A program made the translations under genes and the position numbers. A DNA stretch of 62,095 nucleotides, the filler included, from Xylographa opegraphella (taxonomy: Eukaryota): NCBI GenBank assembly GCA_022813865.1. It is 7 parts of 7 records of this genome, joined end to end, with 100 filler letters (N's around TTAATTAATTAA, not from the genome) between each part and the next. Parts side by side here need not be neighbours in the genome. Positions count along the whole stretch, not along the records: positions 9,326 to 18,469 come from JALDZX010000184.1; positions 18,570 to 27,449 come from JALDZX010000186.1; positions 27,550 to 36,301 come from JALDZX010000187.1; 4 more parts are not named here. The stretch is one strand, 5' to 3'. This document shows, in pieces, positions 13,198 through 27,612 of the stretch. How positions within the stretch are numbered: position 1 is the first letter of the stretch; every line of letters starts with the position of its first letter. Under the pieces are notes generated by a model that saw only the letters and a list, made by a program, of their open reading frames with translations, was not told the origin of the DNA and did not search any database.

Positions 13198-13440
13198 CGC
13201 CTGCGCGTATATTATACGCCTGCGTGGCCTATGGGCCTGCACGCATTCACCAGGCCTGCGCGCATTTCATTATAATGGGCGCATTTCGCAGGCCTGCGCG
13301 TATTCATTACGTTGACGGGCCTGCGTGGCCAACGTATATATTCGTCACGCCTGCGAACCTGCGTAACCGGCGTATATTATATTATGCTGAGCGAATTATG
13401 CAAATTTATACGTATTCTGCGAGCCTGCGCGTATTCTGCG
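13198..13440. repeat. Cluster of about 9 (G)CCTGCG motifs
   Basis: Repeated cgcctgcg/ggcctgcg units separated by short AT spacers inside RIP-like DNA. Confidence 0.65.
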
Positions 13441-13572
13441 TTGTATATTTTATTATTATTATTTTTACAACTTTACGCATTGAAAGTCTTCGCTTACAAT
13501 AAAATTTAATTTATTAAATTCGAAAGGTCTTTGCCGAACGCTAAATATTATAATTAATCAAATATTATAAAG

Positions 13573-13884
13573 TGTTAAGGTTCTGACCAATACTGTGTGA
13601 AACACGGAGCGGAGGAACAATAATACGGCTGCCTCCCTNNNNNNNNNNNNNNNNNNNNNNNNNNNNNNNNNNNNNNNNNNNNNNNNNNNNNNNNNNNNNN
13701 NNNNNNNNNNNNNNNNNNNNNNNNNNNNNNNNNNNNNNNNNNNNNNNNNNNNNNNNNNNNNNNNNNNNNNNNNNNNNNNNNNNNNNNNNNNNNNNNNNNN
13801 NNNNNNNNNNNNNNNNNNNACTCATTGACGAATCCAACCCAGATCCCTAATCGAACTATACTAGTGAGAGGCAGGATCGTAACA
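13573..13884 (-). mobile_element. Solo-LTR-like element, family C (N gap inside; the two ends may come from different copies)
   Basis: 13820-13884 matches 53817-53880 and is the reverse complement of 44985-45044. Ends TGTTAAGG...CGTAACA; flanks do not match. Confidence 0.7.
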
Positions 13885-16201
13885 TCGAGGTACGTTTATT
13901 AAAATTATAAATGAATTTAACAATATTTAAATACTTAATAACGAATTAAGATTTTTAACTTATTATATATTTATTGATAGCTTTAACGTTTAAAAATATT
14001 TTATTCAAATTTTACATATATTTTAAAATATAACGGCGAATTCTAGGCAGCGTTTTAACGTTATCATAATTAATTTAAAAGCTTTTAATATCGATATTAT
14101 TAATAAATATACTAATTATTATAAATATTAAATTCTTTAAAATTTCGATTATTGTTCTGTAAAACTGGGCGATCGAATTTATTCCCTTTTAAATAATAAT
14201 ATAATTTTTTAGAAGTCTCAAAAGTATTTGAAATCCTGTAAAATCACGATTGATAATATTAAATAAAATTGAATTGTATTCTGATTATATATTTACGAGA
14301 TTAACGAACTTTGAGTTTATAAATTTTTTAATAAAATTCTTAATATTCGAGGGTATATTAATATTTTGAATAAGAATTTGTTGATTAATATAATAATATT
14401 GATTAGTTAGTACTTTCTCTTATTAGCTTTTTTTTATTGAAAATCAGGGATTACGATAAAATTCATAATATTATTTTAAAATTCTCGCGTTTAATCGATA
14501 TTTTAATATTTTAATAATTTTTAATTTTAAAGTTTTAAAAATATGAAATTCCAACGGCTGCTATATTTTATACTCGATAATTTTGATTTTCTGCGAAAAA
14601 ATAACTTTTTCATGAATTTAATTAATATAAATAAAGTTTCAGCTTAAAATTATTTTTCTGCTAAATAATATTGCTAAAATCAATTTTTTTATTTATAATT
14701 AAATATTTCTTCATTTTAAGATTTTTAATACGCTTTAAAATTAATTTGGTATTAACTGCTATTTTAGTACTGCGAGAAATAATTAAATATTTATATAAAT
14801 TTAGCTCGAGCTGTCGTATGCATTTAAGATTTTATTAAAAAATTCTTTTAAATAATTAAACGCTAAGGATTTTCGCCAGAAGAATTCGCTTGATTAATAA
14901 GCTATATTCTATCAATTTTGCGTTTATATGTCGTTTAAATATTTATTTTTCGCTTTATATCGTACTATAAATCCCATCGCCTTGACAGTCGAAAATAAAC
15001 CGTGTTTTTAAATTTTAAAGGCCTGAATATAAATATAATATTGAAAAGTTCGTACTGACGAACCTCGAACATATTAATAATTCTTCTTGCCAATTAACAT
15101 AATAAAAAATAATTTCGGCGTTTATTTTTTTAATTATTTTATAATAAAAAATGTTAAAAAATATTTATAAAAATATTTTCTTTTTCGAGTATTTACTTGC
15201 ACGTACGCCTTTAAAGCGAATAACAGTATTAAAGTTAAAATTAAAAATTTTATTTTCGATTTTATTTAAGGACAATATTTTTATAATTATAAAAATTACA
15301 TTTAAAACAAGTATTTCAAGAATAAAAGGCTAATTAATATATTTAATTATAAATATCGTTTAAAAATAATAATTGGCCCTATTTCAATCTTAATATTTTT
15401 ACAAATTTCTTTCAATATTATTTTGTAATTATTAATATTTACTAGCCGTATTCGCTAATTAATTATATAAAAAATTAGATTTTTTAAATTAGCTATTTTT
15501 CATTAAATTGATTTTTATTTTAATATTTATTAAAGCGATTGTAGTTATATCATTTATTTATATTATAACTCTTGAATCTTATAATAAATAAAGAATATTT
15601 TTTGAAATTATTATTTCGCTTAACTGTATTTGTATTATTTAATATAATTTATTAATTTAAACTTTATTATCAATATTCGATTTCGCGAGTGTAAATATCG
15701 CTTTATTAATAAATTTGAACGTTAATAAATTTTAATAATAATATTTTAAACAATAATATTTAAAAACTTTTTTATTATTTGCGAAAAATTGTTTTTATTT
15801 ACGTTCGCTAAATTATTTCTTAATTTAATATTTTTAATTTTTAAAATCGATTTATTAATTTAATTCGTCATACATTTTTTTACGTTTGTTTTTATTTTTA
15901 AATTTAATCTGCTTCTATATTTATCTATAAGAATATTTATTTCTTTCGATTTTTATTATAAAGTTGTTATTATTACCGTCGAGAGCATTTTTAATAGTAG
16001 AATATTTAAGATTTTAATTAAAGTTCGAGGCGAAATTTAATACGTTGAAAATTAAATTCACTAACTGGTTGTTTTGCATAATTTTAAAGCTTATTATATT
16101 TTTTTAAATTCTTTTTTTGATAACCTTGATATTTTTATTTAATAATAACTTTTTGAAAAACGTTTATATTTATATTTTTTCTGTGAATTTCAAATAGCTA
16201 T

Positions 16202-16456
16202 TGTGGTGTATTCGGGGCGGGTCTTTTGGGTGCTTCTTGATTTCGTGCTTCCTTCCTCACGCATCTACATATAGCGATAGAGCAGCAGAGCCACAACGGC
16301 AGTTAATTCGTTTTTTCTTCTTTTCACTCTCTGTCGGACGGATAGTNACCTTATTCAGAAAAGACTTGACCTAGCTGCGACCCCGATCCAATCCTTTTGC
16401 CTACCCCTTTGCCTACTCAACTAGGCTGCTGCGGACTTCCTACGAATTCCTTTACA
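16202..16456 (-). mobile_element. Solo-LTR-like element, family E, 255 bp
   Basis: TGTGG...TTTACA; right end is the reverse complement of the copies at 18411 and 27388; 4-bp flanking repeat CTAT/CTAT. Confidence 0.82.
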
Positions 16457-18360
16457 CTATATTTATATTATGGCGTTTTAAGGTATTTTTAATTAACGTA
16501 TTTCGAATTTAATATGCGAATTTTTATTTAAAATTATTTTTTTTAAAAATTCGTGTTCAAGTTTAAATCTTCAATATATATTTGTATATAATTAACTGTA
16601 TAAGCCTGTATTACTTAAGTGTTTTACCGCTTATTATATTTTAAAGCAAAAGAAGTATCGAATTTTTTTAAGTTATAATATTGTTTAGAGATATGTATGG
16701 CCTATTGTTATTAATAAATCTTCAATAAATTCTTAATTACTTGTTTGATTAATTACGACCTGTCTTTATTAAATTTATAAAATTAAAATAAAATCTGCGA
16801 TAATAATGAAATTTATTATAAAAATAGCAAAAGTTTTTGTTATATATTTACGCGTTCGTACGCTCGTAGTTTTTTAAAAACTTTACGAAATATATTCGCT
16901 TGCAAATTTTAAGTATTAATCGTATAATTGTTTAAATTATACTATTAAATTTATTTTTCGTAGTTGCTGGATTCAGAAGGTCGAGTAAAAATTGCAGTTG
17001 AATAATTATAACTTGATGTCGATTAAATTCTTAATTTTTAATTAAATTTTTAATTCGAGTATAAAAAGTTTAAATAGTTTTAAATAAAAAATTTAAGCCA
17101 ATTACAATTTTTCTTTATTATTACTATTATTCGAAACGTTTTCAACGATAACTTTTATATAAATTATTAATATTACGTTTAATAAATTTTCAAAAAATAT
17201 AAATATAAAAATATTATTTTCGTAGTCACGTTTATAACCGTTAACGCGTTTTTGTAAAAGTTTATCAAATAAATCGACGTTAAAAACATCGTTAAATATT
17301 AATTAAAAGTTAAATTTTTAATATATTTAATAATCAATATTTAATTAAATATCGTATTTTTTGTTTCGAAGATTTTTTAATTGGCGTTAATTTTTAATTA
17401 ATTTTATTAAACCGCGTTGCGTTGAATTTTCGCTTATATTAAAATAACGGCCAATTTAAAAATTATTGATCATATTAGCCTTCTTGTATAAAAATGAATT
17501 AATAGCGATTACGCCGCCGACGTAAATACTCGACGCTCTATTATTAATTCTTGATTTAAAATAATCGGCGAATCGATCAGTTAAATAAAGATTAAATAAA
17601 AAATCATTGTGATATTTATTTACGAGGTCGAGTATCCAGTGATTTGTAAAAAATATAAAAGAAATATAACTGTAAAGGTTTTATTTTTAATTAAATTATA
17701 GTCAGGTGTTTTTCAAAAAGTTTATTATATTTAAAAACAATCGAGGGTTGATCGAACTGTTATAAAATTTAAAATACTTTAAACGTATTAATATATTAAC
17801 GTTCATTGTTATTGATTTAAAAAGCAAATTTAACGCGGTTGTGTTAATTATTAATAAATATTTATTAAATATAATAACCGACGAATTTATTAACCCTTTA
17901 AAAAAAATTAAATTTAATAAATTCATTAAATTATTAAACTCAAAATATTAATCGTGGGATTTCGACTCGAACGCAAAATTCGTTGATAAATCTTTTACGA
18001 AAAAATCGATTTAACAGGCTATGACTTTGGTTTTATCGTATTTTATTTGAAAATTTTAAACATTTTTATAATTTTATTAATCATATAGTATATCGAATTT
18101 CGAAAAAGTATTGCGATTTTAAAAAGTTTTCTATTTCAATCGTTTTTCTATAAAAAAATATATAAAACGATGGCGTGATGAATTTTATTAAGTAAAAAAT
18201 CATAGTCGTTTTGAAATTAATTTTATAGCTATTTGAGGGTAGAAGAATAAAAAACGAAACTATTTTTATAAGGGTATTAAAGAATAAAATAGTTAGTCTT
18301 TTGTTAAAATATTTTTTTATTATTCGATAGCGAAACGTTTTTTAATAACAAAACGCTATT

Positions 18361-18469
18361 TGTTACGGCTCGCTATCTCACCAGAAAAGCAGGCCTAGAA
18401 CCACAGCTATTGTAAAGGAATTCGTAGGAAGTCCGCAGCAGCCTAGTTGAGTAGGCAAAGGGGTAGGCA
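18361..18469 (+). mobile_element. Family D element (18361-18410) interrupted by a family E element (18411-gap)
   Basis: TGTTACGGCTCGCTATCTC...CACAGCTAT switches directly to TGTAAAGGAATTCGTAGG. Confidence 0.85.
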
Positions 18470-18569
18470 NNNNNNNNNNNNNNNNNNNNNNNNNNNNNNN
18501 NNNNNNNNNNNNNTTAATTAATTAANNNNNNNNNNNNNNNNNNNNNNNNNNNNNNNNNNNNNNNNNNNN

Positions 18570-18632
<63 letters not shown>

Positions 18633-19555
18633 CGTATATTATCGTATATTATTTTTTCGCTGTATGTAAATTAAATCGTGATTATTTTAAATTTTAAATG
18701 CTATTTAATATTTAGCTTTAAACTTTCATAAAAACTAATTTTTTTTATATTTTACTATTATAATAGGCGAATTTTCGGGCGATGCGCGTAATTTACGTTT
18801 AAACTTTAATTAATATATAATAATCTTTAAAAAATATTATTAATTGATATATTCGTTAAAAACTTAATTTTAACAAAATAAATATCAAATTTTTTTAAAA
18901 AAAAATTTCAAACGCAATAAATACTAATTAATTAATACATAGAAACTTCAATATTACAATTAATAAAATATTAAAGGAAAGTATCCTCAAATTTATAATT
19001 TATAAAAAAACATCAAACTTTTTCAAAATTCTTTTATTAATTTTTTTTAATTTGGCATTAAATTTTATATACTAACGTATAACCTTTTATTATAATAAAA
19101 TTAAAACAAAAACAAATTTAAAACTTAACCAATAATTTACTATTCGAATTGATCTTTTTATTATGTTAATTAATATTTCGCCTAATTCTTTTTAGAATTA
19201 ATATACAATTATTTTTCATTACCCGGGTTAATATATTGCTTTTAATAAAAACAATTTGACTTTTATATGAATTTGGAGTTTTTAATTTACAAAATTTTGA
19301 ATAATAAAATCTTTATTAAAATTAAAAACTTTTAAAAATTTCAAAAATAATAAAATTAAATCCAAGATCGTCAATTACGCGAAATTTATATAAATTTTTT
19401 TCAAAATATTATAATATAATTTTATTTAAAATGTTTTTTAATTAATGAATTGCAGTATTTGCGTTCACTTTAAAATAAATTTTTTAATTTTCTTTTATAA
19501 AAAAGCCAGAATTAAAAATCAATACGTATTTTATTTATTATTATTATACGTAATA

Positions 19556-19738
19556 TGTTACGGCTCATCAACTCACCACACAAGCACGCCTAGAACGTAA
19601 GCTTTAGGTGGACGATTTCAACTCAGATTAAGATGGAGAAGCGATGAGGCTGCTCCATGGGCAAGACTATATACTCAAGGTGCTAGTCCTGATCCAGCCC
19701 GACCGCTATTACTTGTGACTGATGTCATAATCGTCACA
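19556..19738 (+). mobile_element. Solo-LTR-like element, family B, 183 bp, complete
   Basis: TGTTACGGCTCATC...CGTCACA; flanks TAATA/TAAAA (4 of 5 match); seven copies or fragments in the window. Confidence 0.88.
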
Positions 19739-19799
19739 TAAAATATATAAGTTTGATTATTACAGTAAATATATATATTTATTGATTTACTATTTTATA

Positions 19800-22000
19800 G
19801 CCACTCTCGAACCTGGAAAACCAAAACGTTTATTTAATTTTCAAATTATAATTTTAAATTTTCAAAAAGAAAAACAAAATATATTATTTTAATTTTAAAT
19901 ATTAAATTCGATTTCTACAATTTGATTATTAAAAAACTATTTTATTCGCGACTGTTTAATAATTAAGCGATATCGATGTAAAATATACGATTAATAATAT
20001 ATAAAATTCTATTAATAAAAGTTTTATCGACGTTAATACGGTTAATTATATTAAATAAAAAACGTCGAAATTATTTTTAAAAACAGTATTTAATTAAATT
20101 CAAAAATAAAGACTATAATTTCTTCGAAAATCGTAATTCGTACTATACGAAATATTAATAATATTTTTTATTTATAATTTTCAAAATTATTAGCATTTTT
20201 AAACGCCTGCTAAAAAAAATTTAAACGTACTATATTTTTTACTAAGATTTATTAAATCGTTTTAAACATTATTAAATATTTTTCGATTTTTAGAATAAAT
20301 ATATATGTTATACCTCTTAAAAATAACGTCGACTCGAATAAAAATAAAAATAAAAATATTGTGAAAAACAAAAATTATAATATCGATTAAAATAATATTT
20401 AAAATTTAAATTTTAAGAAATAGAAAACGAATTTAAAAACTATAACTATTTTAATTACGTAGCGTCGATTTAATATCGTTTAATTTTATAAAGTTTGTAT
20501 ATCAGGCTAACGCTAAAATTTAAAGTAAATTAATTACGAAATATAAATCGAATTTGATATAATTTTTAAATTCAACATTTTATTAATAGGGCTCTTTTTA
20601 AATTTTTTACTATTCGACGTGAATTCTGATCTTTATTTTAACAGATTATTAAATATATTATATATAATAGGCGTTTCAATAAGACCGCCAAATTAAAAAT
20701 AATATTATAATTAATATTATCAATTATAAAAAATAATTAAAATAATTATTTTTATAGTATTTTTAACGTTCAATTTTACTGACGCGGAATTAAATAAATG
20801 ATTTACGTAAAAAATGTTTTTTAGTATTTATTTTAATTATATAAAAAATATTAATAATTTAACAATATTAAATATTCTTTTGAAAAAATTGATTTACTCG
20901 TTCGTCGAAGTCGATTCGATAAATAATTAAATAAAGAAACTCGATATTATAATAATCTTTGCGTTAAAATTATTATTATTTATTTAATAAATGAAACTTT
21001 ACAAATTTGTTAATATTAAAAATATTTTCTAGCTAAAACTATTTATACAGCATAAAGAAAAAGTTTTTAAAAAGATTTTTATAATGGAATATATATCGAT
21101 TAAAAAAATTAAAAATTTCAAAAAATTTCAAAAAATTTAAGCGAATTATTTTTTAATTATTTTTTAAATTAATAACTATGTAATTTAAAAGTTACTTTAC
21201 ATAATACAAATTATGATCGAGATCTACAATCAAAAAGAATTCATGATTAATTTAAATAAACGTAATTAATATATTTATTATAAATAAAATAATCGAAAAT
21301 AAATTTTATAGTAAAAAAATACGAAGGCGATATTTTTTGTAATATATTATTGTATATGATTGATTTTTAAGCGGGACATCGTGCGAATTAAAATTTAATA
21401 CTTATAAAGAAATTATTAATGTTTTAAAAAAATTTAAATAAGATTTAAATAATAAACTCTGTCAATATATTCGCGATATTAAAAAACATAATCGACATAT
21501 TTAGTCGATTTGTCTCGAGCAAATATTCTAATAATATGAATTTATAATCAATAACAGTAAAATTTATTTAAATTTTGTAAATTATAACAATTCGTTAATT
21601 ATTAATTTATTCAATAATTTAGCGAGCTTATAATAAATTTATCGTCGTATAAACGATATAATATAAAATGTTTCGACGATTATAAGTATATATAATACTT
21701 CAATTAATTTAAAATTAAAATTAAAAAATTAATGTAAATTTATTTCGCGATTCGTATCGTTACGTAAAAACGCGAATCGCGTAATAAATTAAAATTAATA
21801 TAAATTATAAATAAATGTATTTTTATTATATATTAATTACGTATTTATACGTTTATATTAATTTTCGCAAAATTTATTTAATTTAAAAAATCAATAATCT
21901 GTTAATAGCGAAATAATTAAAAAAAAATATATAAGTAAATCGAACGACTATTTTTACGTAAAACTTTTTAAAAAGTTTATTAATATTTTTAGTAGGTTAA
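19800..22000 (+). mobile_element. RIP-degraded LTR-retrotransposon pol relic (probably Ty3/Gypsy)
   Basis: Faint RNase H-like remnant near 20770-20830 (LTDAELN..KKCFL); otherwise very degenerate. Confidence 0.4.
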
Positions 22001-23033
22001 TTATACTTTAAACCATTGTTGTTATATTAATCAATATCGTTAAAAAGATTATTAATTAAACTTATTGATATTATCATTCGTTTCTACTTTTATTAAAATC
22101 GTATATTTAATAAACTATTATTATTTTATATATTTTTTACTATTTACAATATCAGAAATTATTATATTCCAAGATTAAAAGGAAAAGATGTTAAAAAAGT
22201 TTTATTTGTCTTCGATTTTAATATTAAACGCCCGATTAATAATTATTAAAATATTCAAAAATATACTGCGAAAAAAATTATTTATATAAAATTTCATCGC
22301 GTAATTTTCTCGATCTTCATTATATAAATCGCTTAGAAAGATAATTTATTAAGCATATTAACTGGCGAAGTTAAAAACATTGATTGATTAATATTATCGT
22401 TTATTTAAAAAAAATATCGTAATAAAATAAAAACGGCGATTTAAATTAACGACTTTATTTTTTGATAAACATATATAATAATTAATTAAGAATTAAATTA
22501 ATAATTGAAATATTTTATTATAAACTGAAATACGCAATATTGAATAATTAGAATTAATTTAAAATTAACGTTATTTTCAATATATAATTAAAAAATAAAA
22601 ATTAAAACTTTCGTAAAATTAAGAAATTGCATTATTTTCGTATTTTAATATATTATTATTATATTATAATATCAATATTTATGATACCTTTAATCGAAAA
22701 ACTCGACGATAAAAATATAAAAATAATTTAAATTTTTAGAATTCGAATCGTTTCGTAATTAAACGTCAAATAAAAATTTTAATTTTTTTAATTAAAATAA
22801 ATTTTTTAAATGTTTAAATAAATTGTTGAAGAGCTCGCATTAAAAATCAATAAAATTGTTTTATTTTATTAATGTGTTTTAAATCTCGACATTTTTTATC
22901 ACGAGCAATGTAAGCTTTTATGTGAATGAAAAAAAATGAATATTTATGGAAACGAGTTTTATTATATAAAGCCCTTTTACGCTAATTTTATAAAAACAGA
23001 CGGGATAAAAATTTTGCAAAATAAGGGTTTTAA

Positions 23034-23848
23034 TGTCACGAACCGCCAAGTACCATAATAAAATAAGGCCTTAAAGGCAGCCAGGAGAATAAAATAATTT
23101 AAACCGAGCAGTTAATAATAGTAATTATAATATAAATATAAAGTACTAAAATAATTATAGCAGAAATTGTGGGGAATCTGGCTATGTTTAATTTATACAT
23201 TAAGGGCAATAGCTGATTCTAAATAAGCAACCCTTTTTTATTTTAATTTTTTTGTAAATATTTTTGATCGCTATTACTATTCTGCGCCCTGTTTAAAATT
23301 TTTTATCGTTATATTTTGAGTATTATCTTAGCAAAACACGCAAAATGATTAAGGTAAAATATTTACTTTTAAAATTCGTTAAATTCAAACGGTCGCAAGT
23401 TTGACAAGTTAAGGAAAAGATTATTACGTTTAAAAAGCCCGACGACTATTATAAAAAACGTAATAAATTAAAAACGTTCTTTTTACATGTCGATGCGTAC
23501 GTATGGAACAATCAAGAACAGTTTTAAATAGAAAATAGAGCGATGTTCGCAGTAAAATTCTGCAAGTGCAAAGCTTTTATTTATATTTAATTATATTTAT
23601 TTAATTTCCTTAACAAATAAAAAACAGATTAAAAAACCACTATAAAAAATCTTTGGTAATTAGAACAAATTTAAAAAGGAAACAAAAAACGCATTCGAAA
23701 ACGTAAACTCAAAAACTACTTTGAAAAAATATTTATATTGGTTTAAAGGGGCTGTGTATTAAAATACGTTTTTAAATTTCAAATTTTAGATTATTGTTGT
23801 TAATATCAGTTGGGACGAATTCGCCCAGACTACGTAATTTTATAAAGG
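23034..23848 (+). mobile_element. Degraded LTR plus gag of a Ty3/Gypsy element, interrupted at 23849
   Basis: Starts TGTCACG; translation KPDDYY..KLKTFFLHVDAYVWNNQEQF (~23435-23525) resembles fungal Gypsy Gag. Confidence 0.6.
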
Positions 23849-26800
23849 TGTTACGATCCTGAATCTCACTGATACAGCTCGATCAGGGATCTGGGTTGAA
23901 TTCGTCAATAAATAAATAAAAAGGTATAGTAATAGGCTTATCGTTTTAAAAAAAATACTTTTCGTATAATATTGTATTAAAGCCTAGTAGTTTAAAATCA
24001 TAATATAAATTAAATACGTTTCTAATAATAAAGGGAATTCTTTATTTTATATAAAAAATGATTTTAAAATGCCTTTCATGCCTTCGCAGAAGGCAATCAA
24101 GACACTTTTTATACTTTTGTTAAAGGCAGAAAAGGCACCCGAAATAAGGTTCTCTCGACCATTATTTTATACAATATTAATCAAAAATTTATTTTTAATT
24201 TTCCTACTAGATTTTTACTTCGAAAGAATTTTAGCAGTTTTTTTATATTATATTAAAACATAAATCATTCGGTGCCCTCCGCCGAAATGTTTAATTATAA
24301 AATATTCGTAATAAAGGAAAATTTACGATGCATTTTTACGATCGCTATATTAAAACGTATTTAATTTATACGATTATTTTGAAGTCTAAATTTTTACGTA
24401 AATTATATTATCGTTAAAAAACGCTGTTTTTAATAGTATAAAAGCTAACCGTCGTAATTTAAAAGAAAGAAAAAAAGAAAATAAAACGTAGAATAATTAA
24501 ATTAAAAGAAACCATTGGCCGTAAAAAACGTCAATTTTTAAATGTTAAAAATGAGAAACGAGAAATATTTTAACGTAAAATATTTAATATCGAAGCTTTA
24601 AAAAATAACAAACGTTAAAAGACGAAAACTTTTATCAACGGTTTTTTCGAGGTTTTTTTCTTTTTAAGAATTTTATTTTCTGAAACTCTGAAAGCTTCTT
24701 TTTTAAAGCTTTTACTTTATTTAATAAAACTATCGAAAAAGCTTTTAGCAATTTCCAAGGCTGATAAATAATTTCTAAATATTATTTAATTTTAGGTATT
24801 CTTTTTATTTAATTAAATAATTTTGACCTTGCTGTTTTAGAATTTTCTTTATTTCGAAGTTTTTTATTATATTGAAAAATTATTTAAAGTAAAGTAATTA
24901 AGTTGGCTGATTTCAACAAAGAAATATAAAATATTAAATATATTTTTGTATTTTTTAGCAAATTAAAAAAGTAATTAATTAATTATCTGACTTGCTTAAT
25001 GGAAAATAGTTCGATTTTGATATAATCGAGTTTTTTGCTTCGATTCTTGGTAATTATTAGATTTTATATATAAAAAAATATTTTATTCCCTTTTTTTAGC
25101 TAAAATTCATTTCTTTATTATTGTATTTTATAGTAGCGGTTTTATTATTATTTTATTTAATTTTTCGCGATAGCGTTTCCTGCGTATTTTTTAAATCCTA
25201 AGCTAATAATATTATTTTATTAGTATTAAATCCCGGCTTTTTTTTAATAATTTGAAATGTTGTCCCGTGTTTACGAAAAACGGCGATGTTTTTATTATTA
25301 TGAATTATTTATCGTTTAGTGCTAACTATTTTTAAGGCAATAATAATATTTCATTATTTTGCTTAAAATTAATAAAATTAATAAAATATTTTAGATATAT
25401 TTTTAAATTTTAATTTACTTTTTTCATCTGACCGTTTATTTGAGGATAATAAACGATTGAAATTTTCAACTTGATTTTCAATTTAAATATTAAAACTTTT
25501 TAGAAGTTTAACGTAAATAACTTATTTCGATTAAATATTATTTCTGCTGGGAATTTATATTTTTTACTAGCTTATTCAATAGCACAAAAATTAATTACTT
25601 TGCTATAAATATCCCCCTAAAAGGTATAATAATAAAGTATTTAATAAGTTTATTCATCAATATTATTATCGAATCATATTTCTGTTCTGTAGTAAAATTT
25701 TCTAATTTTAATAGTTTTGTAATAAAATCAATTAAAATTTATTTTTACGATTTTTTTAAAATATTCGAAAATTAAACGTTTTCGTGTATCGCATATTTTG
25801 CTAATTTATTTTTTTTGATAAAATATATATTTTTTGATATATTTCTTTATATATTTCTTTATATATAAGAATTTATAATATTTTTATTAACTTCATGGTT
25901 TTGGTAACTTCTGAATATTTATTTATTAAACTATCGTGATAATATTTAATTATCTTTTAATTAATAGTTTTGTTAAATTTTTAGCAATCGCTTTTATCTC
26001 GAAAGTTGCGATTTATTTTGCAGAAATAAAAATTGTACGGCTATTTTTCTGTAGTAATACTTCGTTTATTAATTTTTATTTATTAAATTTTTTTTACTTA
26101 TTATATTTACTTTTTTATTGTCTTTCCCTGATATATATATAATTGTGTATTTATACTGTTCCAAAAGCTCTATTTATTTTATTTATTTTCTATTAAGCAC
26201 TTTTGTCGTTATAAAATTTAATAAATTTTTATGGTTTATATAAATAGTAAGCTTGAAGCAACTTTTTGTATATATTTTTTAATTTTAAATAAATACTACT
26301 ATAGCGAGTAGTTCCTTTTCGTGAATATTATAGTTTTTATTTTATTTATAATATTTTTTTGAATAGTATATAATAGGGTGCTAGTTTCATTTTATATTTA
26401 CAGTAAATATATATATTTATTGCTAAATTTAATGCGTTTGTTTTTACTTTTGCAGATTTTTCTATTTAAAATATTATTAATACTGATAATTCTGTACAAT
26501 TTTTCTTTAAATTATTAAAGCGTCGTTGTTAGTTCGAATCCCATTTAAAGTTTATATTTTAATATATTAAATTCGTAAAAATATCGCCTTTTTAAACAAA
26601 ATTTCAATGAAGATTTTATTAAAGTTCATAAATTCTAGAAATTTTGAAACCTTTTTTGCTATAATTAATTAAAGTTATTTAAATATAACTTGTATTTTTT
26701 CTAAGTTTATTTTTATTCCGTTCCTATTAATTATAAATTTTAAAAAGGCTATTTCGTTCTTGCTAAATTTAATATTTCTTTAATTTAAAAAGTGATTTTA

Positions 26801-27387
26801 TTTTTTCAAATATGTAAGTACTTTTTGTACGTATTTTATATTTCTTTATTTAGTTTCGAGTAGATAAATATATCGTTTAAATAGACTATTATCGTTAAGT
26901 TTAAATACGTTTTTAATACGTTGTTGATCAATATTTAATAAATAATTAGTATCTTAATTAACCTTAAAAGTATAATTTAATATTTATAATATTTATATTT
27001 ATTTCGAAACGCAATTTTTTATTTCTCGCCTTTTTTATTCTAATCAGATTGTATACGCCTTAAAGATTAAATTTAATAATAAAAATTATTTTACTCAATT
27101 TCTTTCGTATTTTGTTGATTTTTAATAGCGAATATCAATTTTTAATAATAATATCGTTTAACTTTCGATAGTTAATACATAATTTTCAACTTTCGTTTTT
27201 TTAAATATGAACATTATAAAATATTTTACTAAAATTTTCAATTCGCGTATAAATTCTTTTTTAAGCTTTTGTTAATATATTTTCAGAATTCTCCAAGTTT
27301 TTTCTTAACATATTATATATAGATTTAAATGTTGGTTTTTTTTCTGCTTCGAGATTAATTTCGCAATTTTAAAATTAATATTTAAAT
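23849..27387 (-). mobile_element. RIP-degraded Ty3/Gypsy retrotransposon (RT-RNase H-integrase) with a family-C-like LTR at its left end
   Basis: Minus-strand remnants: LCINYRKLND (~27150-27185), IVYLNDIFIYS (YLDD motif, ~26855-26890), FPAEIIFNRNKLFT (integrase, ~25510-25560), YYPQINGQM (~25425-25455). The order RT>RH>INT is Gypsy-type. Confidence 0.88.
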
Positions 27388-27449
27388 TGTAAAGGAATTC
27401 GTAGGAAGTCCGCAGCAGCCTAGTTGAGTAGGCAAAGGGGTAGGCAAAA
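27388..27449 (+). mobile_element. Family E element, partial (contig end)
   Basis: Identical to 18411-18469 over the shared length. Confidence 0.85.
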
Positions 27450-27549
27450 NNNNNNNNNNNNNNNNNNNNNNNNNNNNNNNNNNNNNNNNNNNNTTAATTA
27501 ATTAANNNNNNNNNNNNNNNNNNNNNNNNNNNNNNNNNNNNNNNNNNNN

Positions 27550-27612
27550 CGGACGCGCTTTAGTCCCGTTCCGTCTATCACTTGTTAAGGTGCCATGTAA
27601 CACGCCGTTACA
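27550..27612 (+). mobile_element. Family D element, 3' end (contig start)
   Basis: Matches 53306-53348 and the reverse complement of 54453-54516; ends GCCGTTACA. Confidence 0.85.

Larger units (their letters stand above)
12440..18360. mobile_element. AT-rich RIP-like hypermutated transposon relics (family not assigned)
   Basis: Extreme AT content, stops in all frames, remaining C/G mostly in CpG; carries several short intact insertions. Confidence 0.8.

Noticed and set aside
13198..13440. CRISPR-like array
   Set aside because: The units are only 6-8 bp, irregularly spaced, and in a eukaryotic context.
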